Origin: Dipteris shenzhenensis
Taxonomy: Eukaryota
Assembly (NCBI GenBank): GCA_047967505.1
Contig: CM106538.1
Strand: one strand, 5' to 3'
Length of the DNA stretch: 64,000 bases
Shown here piece by piece: positions 10,401 through 24,700 of the stretch; the first letter of the stretch is position 1; every line of letters begins with the position of its first letter. The notes under the pieces were generated by a model. It saw only the letters and a list, made by a program, of their open reading frames with translations. It did no database searches and was not told the DNA's origin. The position numbers were made by a program, and so were the translations under genes.

Positions 10401-13176
10401 AGCGATTCAGTAAATTTGGTTACATAGCGGGTGGAGCGGATCTCTTTGCAGTTTGCATCTATATCTCAGAAGGGATTTGTGTTGTGCATCCCTACTCCCA
10501 AGAAGGGAAGTTAAGTGTCAGTATTTGCTGCAATTTATTTGGCATTCATGGCCCAAAATAATCCCAATGATCTTTTTGGTGTCCTCACACAGGAGGATAA
10601 GTTGGATGGTACCAATTACTCTTTATGGAGTTTTATGGTACGCAATCTTTTAGTTGGCAAACATTTGTACGATTATGTCACTGGGGATGAGACAAGACCA
10701 GAGAATGTGGTTGCACTTGCCACTCCTCCTCAACAAGGTGGAGGAAGAGGTAGAGGACAAGCACAGGGTGCAAGACAAGCACTAGATGCATTCGCTGCAC
10801 TTGTTGCTCCCACACAAGAGTAGAAGAGATGAGATTCTCATCATGCACAAGCACTATCTGTGATTTCTCTTTCTGTTAAGAGGTTTATTGTTCCACATAT
10901 TCGGTCATGCAGGACCTCTAAGGTAGCTTGGGATATTCTTGAGAGGATGTTTGCAGCCCGCAATGATGCAAGAGTTTCATTCATGAAGAGAAAGTTGACT
11001 CATACTCATATGGATGAGGGTGACTCTTGTCTCACCTCACCAAACTTCAGATTTTCGAGAGCAATTATTGAATATTGATGAGATCATTCTAGATTCAGAG
11101 ATGGTTACTACCACTTTAATTCTTTTCCCGAGTCTTATCTTGATTTTCACACCTCATTGAACTTGTCTTTGAGTGGCAACTCTCTCACCTTTCATGAGTT
11201 GATATGGCTTTTGTTGCAGGAAGAGCAGACACGGAAAAATATGGCCACATGTGCAGGTGAAAATGCCATGTTTTCCAAGTTCAAGCCAAGGGAAAAAAGG
11301 AAGCAGCATACAAATCAGTCTAAGGCTGATTCTGGACAGCCTTCACAAAAGGCTAAGAGGGATGCAAAGAAGCCCAAGAAAAAAGGGAGATATCATTACT
11401 CCAAAAAGCCGGGTCATTACATTGATGAATGCAAGAAAAGGCTTGCCAAGGAGAAGAAGAAAGATTCCAGTATGGTTGTCTCGGATACATCAGCCTCTCA
11501 TGAACAGCCGATTTAGTGGAAGAGGAATATGCCTTTTTGACTTGCAGTCATGATAGTAGTGTGGTTGTCCCTAATGTTATAGCCACCTTTAAGGAGGATG
11601 CTTATGCTTTTTTGACTTGCAGCTATGACCCTTCTAAGGATGCATGCACTTTCAATGTCAATGAGACATTGAATAATTGGTATTTTAACAGTGGTTCCAC
11701 CAAACATATCACTTCCGAGAAGTGTTTGTTTGATTCTCTGCATCCACCACCCGCTGAAAAAAGGGTGTCTTGTGCAAATGATTCTTCTTATTCAGTTCGT
11801 GGTATTGGTGAGAGTTTGTTGACAGCCATAGATGGCACAAATTTCAGAATTCCTGATGTACTTTATGTGCCTGGAATCAAGAAAATTTTGCTTTCGGTGT
11901 CCTGTCAATAAAAGATGATTTCAAGTTGTCTTTGAGGATGACAAGAGTGCATTCAAGACAGAGAAGATAATTATGCCTTGAGACTATCTTGCACACTATT
12001 TCATGGTCTTTTTCAGCTTGATGTTTTTTAGAAAAGCCCAAATCATGCACTTGCAGTTTCTACTCCCACTGTTGCTATGCAGAATGCAGAGTTATGGCAT
12101 GCTAGATATGGGCATATGAATTTTGGCAGTTTGATGACACTTTCAAATGGTTGATGCTTTACCGTCTTTGGAGTCACCCCCACCTCATACATGTGAAGGA
12201 TGCATACTTGGCAAGATGCATAGGTTTCCCTTCAAGAAAGATGGTGCAGTAAGAGCTGTCCGCAAATTGCAGCTCATTCACAGTGATGTATGTGGTCCCA
12301 TGAGGACTCCTGCCTTGGGTGGTTACTTGTATTTTGTCACCTTTATTTATGACTATTCGAGATACAATTCAGTGTATGGTCTAAAGGAAAAATCTGATGT
12401 GTTTCTTCATTTTCGACATTTTGTTGCCAAAGTTGAAAATGAGACAGGGCTCAAAGTACAGACACTCCGCACAGATAGAGGGAGGGAGTATATTTCTCAT
12501 GCATTTAAGGCTTATTTGCTGGAAAAGGGCATTCATCATCAACTTACATTGAGGCTTACTCCTCAGCAGAATCCTTCAACTGAGTGGAAAAATCGCACTC
12601 TCATGGAGATGGATAGATGCATGCTTACGAGCACTCACAAATTTTGGCTTGAAGGTCTCATGTGTGCTCATTATGTCTTGAATTGTGATCCCACAAAGGC
12701 TTTGAAAACTATGACAACATATGAAGTTTGGTATTGAAAGAAGCCTTCAATGAATCATTTATGTGTTTTTTTGTTGTGTTGCATATGCCCATGTGCCCAG
12801 AGAGTTTCGTCATAAGCTAGAAGACAAGGCACTCAAATGAATTTTTGTTGGGTATAGCGCAAAAAGCAAAGGATATTGTCTCTATGATCCTACTACACGC
12901 AAGATCTTTGTTAGTAGAGATGCGATATTTTCTGAAAATTCAGCTCATACACATGCTGAATTCAGCTCATACACATGCTGAATTTGATATGCCACCTACT
13001 TCAGCCTCCACTCATGTCTTTGAAGGTTTATTACCCATTGCTTTGGGTTCTGGAGCTGATATGCATGCTGAAAAACAGGATTTACAACAAGTCCCTCTTG
13101 ATCCACATGCCCCGATTCAGCCTCAAGCTGATTTAGTTCCTCCACAGCAGTGGAAGATGCCGTTAGATAGGAAAGG

Positions 13177-13672
13177 TGTCAACGACTCTATCTCTTATTC
13201 CACTGACAAAGACTCTATCTCTTGGTCCTGAATCTCTATTCCTACGTTGATACAGATCACGGGCGATGGCATTAAATTGTTCCACCCAGCCTACTCCCGT
13301 GGATCACATATCTTCAAAATTCATTCGTTCCTTTGTTTTATTTCGTGCTTATCCACGAGACCCTCATTTCCCTAGATAGTTCTCCTTGCCAAATGTCATC
13401 ATTTTAGCCTCTCCACTTGGTGCACCTTTTTACCCCTCTCTTGGGCACATTAAAAACCACTTGCCCCTTCGCATTATTGCACATTTAGGTGCACCTAGGC
13501 CTTAGCACTCAGAACTACCTAGTCAATACCATTTCACCCTCACCTAGGACCTTGGCAGTTACTTCTCTTGACCATTTCAATTACGCACATTAACTATTAC
13601 AAAAGTTGGTCATCTAAGAGAAAATGCCCACCGATCTTTCCGAGGTCATGCTATCTCGGCTAGAGCATAACA
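13177..13672 (-). repeat. 3' LTR of Gypsy A1 (496 bp)
   Basis: TG...CA. Differs from 19146-19648 by ~7 substitutions and one 7-bp indel. Confidence 0.97.
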
Positions 13673-16600
13673 TTCCTTCCCTCTTCAAGCATCAACGTCC
13701 TCGATGATGAAATCTGGGAACACTCTCCGTAACTGGTATACAGATTCCCAGGTAGCTTCCGATAGAGGCTGACCATGCCATGCAACCAACACCGTGGGTA
13801 TCTTCCGATTTCGTATTTGCATTGTTCCTCGGTCCAGGATTCTTGTTGGCTGGCGCCTTGCAATATCCTCTATCTCCTGAAACAAAACCACACCTTCAAT
13901 TAGTGAGTCACCTGTATGCAAAATTTTCTTTAAGCGCGAAACATGAAAAACCGGGTGCACCTTACACCCCTGTGGCAATTCTAATTTATAGGCTACACTG
14001 CCTATTCTCTTTAGAATTAACCACGGCCCACAGTATCGAGGTGATAACTTAGCACACTCTCCTGAAGTCAGTGACTTCGAGTGCGAAGGACTCTGAGAAA
14101 AACTTTTTCTCCTTCCTTAAATACTGTTATAGACCGGTTTTCATCCGCATACACCTTGGCTCTATCCATAGCCTGGCGGATATTAGCTCTCGCAAGTGCT
14201 AGCATCTCTCGCATCTGAACCACAAAGTTCGCGGCACTAGGCACTTTCTGAGGTACTCCAACTATAGTTGGATTGGCTGGTCTATAACCATAGTTCAGTT
14301 CAAACGGACTGAACCCGGTAGAGGAATGTTTCCTATCATTGTAGGCAAACTCCAACAATGGCAACCACTTGTCCCATGTATGTTGCCTCAATGACACATA
14401 TGCCCTCAACATGTCCTCTAAAGTCTGGTTGACTCTCTCCGTCTGACCATCCGTCTCAGGATGATCCCCACTACTTATTCCCAACTCAGTCCTTAGTGTC
14501 TCAAATACCGCTGTCCAAAAATGACCGGTAAATCTGACATCTCGGTCTGACATTATGGATCTAGGCAATCCATGCAGACGAAATATATGTCTAATGAACA
14601 GATCCGCCACTTGCGGGGCACTAACAGACTCTCTAGTCGGAATGAAGTGAGCCATCTTGGTTAGACGATCAACCACCACAAGGATAGAATCATACCCTCC
14701 TTGCGTCGTAGGCAGTCCTACAATAAAGTCCATGGAAATGCTCTCCCACTTACTTAGTGGTATCTCCAAGGGCTGTAAAAGTCCGGGTGGCTTCACCCGC
14801 TCGGCCTTGCTTACCTGACACGAGAAACACCGTGTCACATATTCATGAATATGCTTTTTCATCTTTGGCCAAAAGAAATCTCGCTTCACGAGATCATATG
14901 TCTTCTCGACTCCTGGATGTCCCGCACACGGGCTATCATGGCATTGTCGAATGACTCTCTGCCTAAAATCATTCTGACCAGGTACTACAAGCTTGCCATT
15001 TCTAACTAGCATACCATCCCTTATGGTATATCTTGCATAAGTTTGGCCTTTTCTGGATGCCAGGTCATCCTCTTCATTTTCCCCGGGTTTTAACACATGA
15101 GCTTTAGACCACAAAATCTGGACAAACTCGTCCACTTTTTGAGTTTCTCTTATCTCGGTCATTAGAGCACTCTCTAATACCGTGAAACTCAGGTTGTGCA
15201 TAATGCGAGACAACGCATCAGCAACCTTATTGACTTTTCCTCTTCGATACCGAATCGTTAGATTAAACTCCTGCATGAGCTCTGCCCACCTAGCTTGGCG
15301 GCCCCTCAAGTCAGGCTGTTTACAAAAATGTTTCAGAGTATCATGATCTACATCCACATAAAACTCTGAACCATACAAATAATGCCTCCATGTTTTCAAA
15401 GCATGGATAACAGCATACAACTCCAATTCATGAGTTGGCCAATTCCTTTGAGAGGGAGAAAGCTTCTTGCTTTCAAAGGCTACTGGCCTTCCCTCTTGAA
15501 GGAGAACTGCTCCTACCGCAATGCCACTTGCATCGGTTTCTAGGAACAACGGTTTCTGGGGATCAACTATTTTTAACACCGATCCTGAGACCACAGCTTG
15601 TTTTACGGTGTTAAAACTTTCTTGTTATTCTGTCCCTAAATAAAAGGTACTTTATCTGAGGTCAGATTAGTCAATGGCGATACTATTCCGGAATATCCTT
15701 TGATATGCCTTCTATAAAACTGGACAAATCCCAAGAATGATCGCAACGCGGTCAGACTTTGAGAGATTGGCCAAGTTAGTATCTCAGCCACTTTCTTCGG
15801 ATCCATTTCTACCCCCTGTGGAGTAATTATGAACCCTAAATACTCAAGCCTAACCATACACAGTATAGTTTTCTTTTTATTCACATAAAGACTAACTTTC
15901 CTCAAAGTACTGAACACTATTCTTAAGTGTTCACGATGCTCAGTAATACTTTTACTGAATATCAGGATATGGTCAATAAAATGTACTACGAACTTTTCGA
16001 TATACGGACGTAGTAAATCGTTCATAAGCATGACGAATGTCGCTGGAGCATTGGTAAGTCCGAAGGGCATTACCAAAAACTCATAATGACCAAACCTGCT
16101 TCTAAAAGCGGTTTTATGCACATCCTCGGCTCTAATCCGGATTTGATGGTAGCCGCACTTAAGATCTATCTTGCTGAAAATCACAGCTCCATGTAATGCA
16201 TCTAGCAAATCATCAATCCGAGCCATCGAATACCTGTGCTTAACAGTGATATTACTCAATGCTCTGTAATCTATACAGAGGCGAAATGTATCATCCTTTT
16301 TCTTCTTTAATATCACTAGCGAAGCAAAAGGTGAGAAACTTGGTTGAATCTGCCCCAACTTGAGGTATTCTTCCAGTTGTCTACGCACCTCCGCCTCTTC
16401 AGCAAAACTCATTCTATGGGGAAGTCTATTTACAGGTTCTGCCCCCGGGATCAGTTCAATCTTATGTTGAACTTTCCGCTCTGGAGGTAACCCATAAGGT
16501 AGTTCATCCCTAAAACATTCAGAGAACTCCTCTCTTATAAGATTAGCCAGCTTGGCCATCTCACTACTTTGCGTAACATCAGTGCTAGCCGAAGAATCAT

Positions 16601-19145
16601 CAACCGGCTCTACCGATGCTGTGCAAAGGAATAAAAACTCTACTTGAGCTTTTCTGATTTCCATCACGGAAACCAACGGTCCCTGAGGTATATCTTTTTC
16701 ACCTCGCAAGACATAAAGCACATCATTCATCTTGAACTGATATACATGCTTTTTCCAATCAATGGCTGGATTCTTCGTAGAATGCCATGCCATACCCAGG
16801 GCTATATCTGCATGAGCAAGCTTGGTCATTTCAAAATCAAGCTTCTCAGCATAGTCCTGAATCCGAAGCTCCAACTGAGTAACCCTTTGGTCCCATACTT
16901 CAGTTGAACTTCCATCTGCCATCCTGACTGTATACACATAGTCAGATGAACTTGTCTTTAATTTCAGCCTCTTCACGAGCTTGGAGTTAATCACATTGTG
17001 AACAACACAATGACATCATGACTGGCCACTTGCCCTTTCATTTTAATTAACTCCGTATCATTAAAGGCCGTATACCCCGTTGCTGCGGGCTTAGATAGGA
17101 TGTTATCAGGTGCACTCGTCACTAACTTAGCAACAGATACACATAACAAACAAGGTACTAACCTCTGAGAAGGTCCCGCCAGTTGCATCTGCATATGTTC
17201 CGCATTGGGACTCTCCTGCATTTCCACGTCGCATTCAGATATTATCATATTAGCCGTGCGACGGTCTTTATTCAGTGGACAATCCTTCCACTGATGTCGC
17301 TGAAGGCAGCCGAAGCACAATCCTTCTTTTCTAGCTTTCTCTTTTTGTTCAGGGGTCAACGAGGACTTTGACCAAGCCCGGGCTGCCATTGGAGTTATTT
17401 TCCTTTTCACCCCAACGGTGGTACTTGTTTTTACTGGTCCCTCAACCAGCTTCACCTGCTTGGTTTGGCCACTTGGCTGCGAGACACTTGTCTTTGAAAT
17501 CCATTTCCTCTGAACTCCCCCTTTTTTCGGGTACTCATACTGAGTCCCTGCCTGCACAAATCCACCAGATCTGCCTCTGGCATCCTCATAGTTCAAAGCT
17601 ACTGCAATAGATTCATCTAATGTAGTCACATACTTAGCCCGAACTTCCATTTTGATTTTGTCGTTCAGTCCATAGATATAGTCTTTTAACTGAACCGACA
17701 TAGGGAGAGGGTCTGTTATTTTCATGACACATTCCCTGAATTAGTCAGTGTACTTTGCCACTAATAGACTCCTCTGACGAAGATTTCTATAAGCATCCCA
17801 AGCTCGAGACTCTTCATCAAGTGGGAGAAAGTGTTTCTTAAATTCAGCTTTAAACCCTTCCCAGGTGGTAGGAGCAACTTGATCCTTCTGTTGCTTTATC
17901 CACCATCTATCCACTGCCTCAATAAACAGGTGTGTGGCCTCACGGATTTTCTTTAGATCAGATCTAATTTCACAAATGGCGAAGGCTTCTTCCCACTTGT
18001 GTAACCAAACCTCGATCACATCAGAGCTGCGCTCGGTCATCCGACCAGCGTACTTCTCCGGTCTATAATTAGCGATATTAGGCACTTTGACCCTTGCGCG
18101 CTCTAATGAATGGATACTGGGCTCTGGCTCTGCTGGAGCTTTGCCCTTATCAATTCTAGACGGTCTAGCTGACAAGGCTTGTACCATTTCCCTAATCTCA
18201 TTTTGACCAGCATTCACTTGGAGCTGCTGGTTCATAATCTGCTGTAAAGCATCTTCTAATATCGAAATTCTACCGATCAAAGTAGGTGCAGCATGATGTG
18301 ACATCTGTTGTGTAGACTGTACTCTAGACTCACTAGGATTCACCCTAGAATTCTGCCCTTCTGCCTCCATAGTTTCACAATGGAAGATGGTTTTTTTTTT
18401 TTCAGTCTTTTTCAGAACCCAAATAAAAGATATATATACCCTTTTCTATTCTGCTTTCCTGTTTTTTTCTCTCCCCTGTGCCCTAAACTCTCAGTTATAA
18501 AACACTCTGAACGTCCCTTTTGCGGTGCAGAAATAACAGGACCATATGGAAAAAAAAACTGTATCGAAAAAAGGGCTCCCTGATTTCTCCTCGAAATTTC
18601 GATTGGTCCTGTTTTCATCCACCGTTAAAGATACCAAAGCGCTTCTAATGCGCGTCGGTTCACCTGCAACCTTCTGGACCTGTAATATCAATTAAGTACG
18701 GCAAACTGGCAGACAATGTCGAAGACGACTCTTCCTGTTTTTCTTGTTACACCGTCGATCACCCAGGATCACGTCCCGTACAGTCTTCGTCACGTTCCAC
18801 CTCCTAAATCTGCACGCCGTCATTCGTCAACATCCCACGAGGTAGAATATGCGCTCATTAGAGGAGGTCCCGCAACCATTCGACGGATCACGTTCCTGCA
18901 GCAAAGGTGCGTCGATCCTACGCCTACGCAAACGAACGTCCACGTCACCTCTGCGCTCCACCTGCTACCAACCACTGCCTTACGTGACCTCTAAGTCCAG
19001 CCACGAAACAAAAACCCCGTGCGTCGTAGCTAACGTCCAGATTCATCGAAGGCCAATTATCCGTCAGTTCGTCAATTTGGCGCTGAGGTCATTCGACGAC
19101 CGACCCCGCTTCCCTCTCCGTCAAAGCCTCGGCTCTGATACCAAC

Positions 19146-19648
19146 TGTCAACGACTCTATCTCTTATTCCACTGACAAAGACTCTATCTCTTGGTCCTGA
19201 ATCTCTATTCCTACGTTGATACAGATCACGGGCGATGGCATTAAATTGTTCCACCCAGCCTACTCCGGGCTCCCGTGGATCACATATCTTCAAAATTCAT
19301 TCGTTCCTTTGTTTTATTTCGTGCTTATCCATGAGACCCTCATTTCCCTAGATAGTTCTCCTTGCCAAATGTCATCATTTTAGCCTCTCCACTTGGTGCA
19401 CCTTTTTAACCCTCTCTTGGGCACATTAAAAACCACTTGCTTTTTGGCATTATTGCACATTTAGGTGCACCTAGGCCTTAGCACTCAGAACTACCTAGTC
19501 AATGCCATTTCACCCTCACCTAGGACCTTGGCAGTTACTTCTCTTGACCATTTCAATTACGCACATTAACTATTACAAAAGTTGGTCATCTAAGAGAAAA
19601 TGCCCACCGATCTTTCCGAGGTCATGCTATCTCGGCTAGAGCATAACA
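19146..19648 (-). repeat. 5' LTR of Gypsy A1 (503 bp)
   Basis: Adjacent to the Met PBS and a direct repeat of 13177-13672. Confidence 0.97.
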
Positions 19649-21361
19649 AAAGGACAGAAATACAAGCAGCAAAATTCGTTCCACATTGGCTGCTCCAAAC
19701 TCTCAAGGAGAGTAAGCTTGATGCTCCTTTGCCTGGCAGAACTCACAAGGCATCCAAACATGTAGAGGGGACACATTTTGTTGATTCAGCTTTTGCAGGT
19801 ACACTTCTAGATGAAGAAGAGCCTGATTATTTTGAAGAGGCTAAGGATAATGTGCATTGGATGAAAGCCATGAAGGATGAGTTACAGCCCATTGATAAAA
19901 ATCAGACCTGGAATCTTGTGGATTTGCCACCAGGGAAGCATGCCATAGGTACCAAATGGGTTTTCAAAGTAAAGAGACAATCAGATGGGTCAATTGACAA
20001 GTACAAGGCAAGGCTAGTTGCAAAAGGCTATGCTCAACGAAAGGACATTGATTATGAGGAGACATTTGCTCCTACTTCTAGGATGACTACAATCGCCATG
20101 GCTGCACATTTTGAATGGAATCTACATCAATTGTATATAAAAACAGCTTTTCTTAATGGAGACTTGTTGGAAGAGGTTTATGTTAAGCAACCTCTGTATC
20201 ACGTAAAGTATCAGGTAAAGTATGCAAGCTGAATAAACCTTTGTCTGGGCTGAAACAGGCTCCACGTGCTTGGTACTCAAAGATTGATGCATTTTTTACC
20301 AGCAAGGGTCTCAGTAATAGTCCAACTGAGAGTACCCTCTACATCAAGAAGGATGGGGGGGATATTTTGGTCATCATTCTTTATGTAGATGATTTGTTGC
20401 TCACAAGGTCCAATGAAGGAAAAATTGCAGATTTCAAGGCTGAGTTTACTTTTGACATGCCATATTTGGACATGCTTCATTTTTATTTGGGGATCCAGTT
20501 CATACAAGAGAGACGTGGCATCATTATGTCTCAATCCAAGTATGTGCAGAAGCTTTTGGATCGGTTCAAGACGCAAGATTGCAAGCCTACACTCCCATGG
20601 AGCCAAGGCTGAAGCTTACCATGTATGGTGGAAGTGAACCGCTTGATGCCACACTTTACAACCAGGCTATTGGATGCCTCATTTATTTCTGCAATACTCG
20701 GCCTGATATTCAATTTGCAGTTTCACTAGTGAGCAGATACATGCACAGCCCAAAGACTTCACATTTGCAGGCTGTAAAACGCATTTTTCGTTACTTACAA
20801 GGCACTAAGTCTTATGGCTTGATGTTTCCCAGGGGGGTGACTTGCAGATGCGTGCTTACAATGACTCTGATTGGTCTCGAGATTATGATACTAGACAGTC
20901 AACAAGTGGCAATTGTTTCTTTTTGGGTCATGATTGCATTTCTTGGTTGAGCAAGAAACAAACTAGTGTGGCTACCTCCTCATGTGAAGCTGAGTACAGG
21001 GCAGCTTTCACAGCAACAGTTGAGTGTGTTTGGCTGCGCCATTTATTTGCTGATCTTCATCTCTCATTGGAGGGTCCTCCTCCAATTCTCACTGATAGTC
21101 AAAGTGCTATGGCAGTGGCCAAGAATCTTGTGTTTCATGCTCACACAAAGAACATTGAGGTTCACTCTCATTACGTCAGAGAGAAGTTGCATGCAGGGAA
21201 GATCAGTATGATCTCTGTGTCCACACATGACAATGTTGCACACATATTCACCAACGCACTTCCACATGAGAAGTTTGAGGCATTTCGCAATGCCTTGAAC
21301 TTATCTCCTTTTAGTTATTGATCATTTCCTTGTACATCATCACATTGGCACTACAGGGGGG

Positions 21362-21594
21362 TGTTGGAATTATAGCCATAATTCATGGCATTGACCAATG
21401 TATGACTAATAAGTGGGTTAAGGGCACTTTTCCCTCATTAGAGGTTTTTCTCCCTAACTACAGTTAGTGGGTTGGTTAGGTTTTGTCACATAGACAAAAC
21501 GCCCAATCTTGTATTGTTTTCTTCTCTCTTTCAATACAACGTTTTGCTGCTCTCTCTTCGTTCAAGCCCTCTCTTGCTCTCATTTTCTCCTACA
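21362..21594 (+). repeat. 3' LTR of Copia 2 (~233 bp)
   Basis: Follows the PPT AGGGGGG (21355-21361), TGTTGG...CTACA, and its end aligns with the Copia 1 LTR end. Confidence 0.8.
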
Positions 21595-21711
21595 CCCTGC
21601 ACCCACTGAGGGCCCCCTCCCTCAATACACAGGAGAATTTGCTTTATCTTGGAGAACTGCAATACAACTTACAAGCTCAAAGACACTCTTCAAGAGAGCA
21701 TAAGATGCAAC

Positions 21712-24700
21712 TGTAAAGGGACACTGTGAACCATAGTTAGGGGAAACGGAAACGGGGAAACGGGGAACGGAAACGGAAACGTTTCGGGATTTTTGGAGGG
21801 CTGAAACGGGTAAGTAGAAAGAGTTTCTTTTCCTTTTGATGAAGAAACCAAGCTCTTTTGCCCATGTGATATCGAGTCCACCTACCAGAAGCAGGCTGCA
21901 GGAGAGAAAGGAGAGGAAAGGAGTGAATGGGGCTGAAGGAGGGCTGGAAAACCTTGAGGATGGAGAGAGTATGACGCTGAAGGAGTGGAAGGAGCCTGGA
22001 GACCAAAATCAAAAGCAAAAAGACAAAAAATGTGATTTTGGAGACCTAGCAGCCTGTGTTGTCTGAAACGGCACATTTCAGGGCTCTGAAACGCGTTTCA
22101 GACTGGCTGAAACGTTTCAGCCAGCCGTTTCAGGGTCCTGAAACGTTTCAGGGTCCTGAAACGCGTTTCAGGAAACGGCGCTTCTCTGAAACGGCGTTCC
22201 AGGCCTGGCTGGGCTCTGAAACGCGTTTCAGCGTAACTTTGCTGTGAACACGAGAAAAGACCCAAAGACCTGAGAAACAGCTCCAACCAATAACCAAGAC
22301 CTCGATGCTGCCTACACTATCGGTGTAGACCACTCTATGTTGCTAGTACTGAGCCATGCAGAGTTACTGCGTGAGTGAGAGAGATGAACTGCGAGGTGTG
22401 AGGACTGTGAGAGCTGAGATATGGAGCTGAGAAACTGAGAGAAAGCTGAGTGAGACAGCTCAAACCCAACCATTTGCTGTCCAAACACCCTACTGTTGCC
22501 GCGTGTAGAGGCTACCAGGATTTGCGATCTGGAAGAGGCTGATTCATTGCTCTCTTTGACCTGTACGGCCGCTACAAGGAAAAGGGCTGGAGCAAGGCTG
22601 GACGGCTGGCAGATTGAATGACAAAGTGAGACACCAAGCAACCCCTTATATAGCGTTGAACCAGCTGGCTGGTCTGCCCAACTGGCAGATTTGGTTAACC
22701 GACCAGCTGGTAGGGTCAACCGATTGTTTGGGTCGGGTCATATGACCCAACCTTACCAGCATTTACTGTTGGTAATAGGAGATCCAACTGGCCATCAATG
22801 GCCTACTGGAAGTCCTTCAAAAGGTAGCCAGAAGGCTGACCTTTTGTCCTAACCTAGCACTAACTACCCTCTAATTGTAAGGGATGCCTTTGAACTACCT
22901 AGACCTATTCTCCAGTGGGTACTAGAGGACTTCGACTCACCCTAGGGCTTGAAGACTGGGGCTCACAATGGGGCCACAGCATATGACAAAAAGCCTACTC
23001 TAGGGAGCTACTGAAGTAAAATTTGAGCTAGTGAGTCAGTTTGTCATAATGCATCCAAGTGCAGGGGTGCATGTGGCACCCACCTATAAGGCCCCACATG
23101 AGGAGAGCACAGGGACATGGTACCAAGACACGATTGGGGAGCATGAGAGTCTATTGAGCATCAGGTATGGATGCCACATGGGTAGATCTAGATGGAGGGA
23201 ATCACTCACAAGACAGCCACGTGGGCAGTGGGCAGCACTATAGGCTGCTACACGATCTGCTATTAGTGGTCGGTATGAGCTCTGAAAATGGGTCAATCTA
23301 TGGGTCGGTACAACAGACAATACAGCAAGAGTCTGGATGATCCGTAGGGCCTAGAAGACGAGAACATTGTGACAGCTATGCAGGACTGCACAGAAGTTGG
23401 TAGGCTGCTATAGAAGAGGCTGGCCAAGGTTGCACACAAATGAGGCGCAGTAGAAGTACAGTCTGCTGCCAAGGATAAATGTGTTCGTAAGCTGTTGCAA
23501 GGGTGCAGGAGATGGCCTGTTGGCTGCAGCAAAAATGTAGCAGGAGCCAGCAGCACAAAGGCTTCAGAAAAGAGCCTTATAAAGGCATGGACAGGTCGGC
23601 AGATCCACAATCTAGGTTGGCTAGTCTGCCGCAGTTTCGCTGGCTGGAAAATACTGGTCGGTTGTTTAATGACCAAGTCAGCCATCAAGGGGCTTCCCAC
23701 CCTCTATAAGAGACCCCATTACGGGGGGGGCAGAAATGAGTTCAGTCTCTGGACATTCCACCCTACTTCATGTTGGATATCAATGCTCCACTCTCATGTA
23801 ACTACGCGGGAACCAGCTAACTCTACTTGTAAGCCCCCCATATGAGGAGAAGGCATTTGAGTAGCTCGGTTATCCGGTAGGTCCTGGTTTGGACACCAGA
23901 TGGGGGCCATGTGTGGCCTGATGGCTGGACGGAGTTGGCACACTGCCAACTAGGCTACATGCAAGTGCGGGAAGGCATCCCATGACTGACCGCATTGAGG
24001 GTAGACGGAGCATTTCCCGGGGCAGCCCACTTTCGGGTTGCGGGGCCCGTTTGGAGTCCCAGATGATCCCGGATGGCTGTGGGCCGAACGGAGTCCGTAG
24101 GTTAGTTGCTCTATTTTGCGCACCGATTCTATCGTGTGGTCGGTGTCCTATTTCGGGACCGACCCCCAATCGACCGTTTTTGGCGGACTGGGTCGGTCAC
24201 CCAATTGAGCCCAACCGACTACGACTGGTGGCTATATAAGAGCAAGCCTGTGAAGCCCATTTTATCACTGGCTACAGCAACCCTGATTCCTTAGCATCCA
24301 GCCTCCGTCCTCTACTGTTTCTGGCACGCCATCGAAGCTTCTCTCACAGGAGCGCACGGCTAGGAGGCGGCGCCATCTATTGTATCAGTTCTACAGTAAT
24401 CAAATTTTTTGATTCTCCATACTATCTGTTTTCTCTCTTGCGTACGAGATCCTATTATCTGTTGAGCACAGACGTTGTATTATTTTCTTACACTTCAGTG
24501 TGCAGGTCAACAAGCTACTGGACAGCAGGAGAGTGGATGAGTGCAGCAGCAGAGGTTCTCACACATAGTTCAGATTGTGTGTGAGAACCTCTTCTTGATG
24601 CATACTTACAGCCGCATATGTTTGCAGGAGGGTGTTGTGCAAGGAACTCGCAATATGAAAGGTCAAGCAAGCTCATGGAGGAGCATGAAGCAGAAGCACA

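Larger units (their letters stand above)
13177..19648 (-). mobile_element. Full-length Ty3/Gypsy chromovirus A1 nested in Copia 2, TSD AAAGG
   Basis: AAAGG at 13172-13176 and 19649-19653, two LTRs, PBS 19132-19143, PPT 13673-13687. gag-PR-RT-RH-INT-chromodomain lie in ORFs 17741..18370, 16991..17725, 15636..16994, 14068..15594 and 13685..13978. Inactivated by a gag stop, a 16-bp deletion of the protease active site and RT FIDH. Confidence 0.97.
10120..21594 (+). mobile_element. Ty1/Copia element 2 (same family as Copia 1), no 5' LTR or PBS found, interrupted by Gypsy A1
   Basis: gag from 10548 (MAQNNPND...KLDGTNYSLW), protease ~11680, integrase 12147-12900 (LIHSDVCGP, LRTDRG), RT ~19830-20800 (KARLVAKGY, LYVDDLL), RNase H 20842-21321, PPT and 3' LTR. 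Many stops and frameshifts. Confidence 0.93.

Noticed and set aside
22060-22240. Palindromic repeats resembling a CRISPR array
   Set aside because: No constant repeat/spacer period, eukaryotic context, and explained as hAT subterminal repeats.
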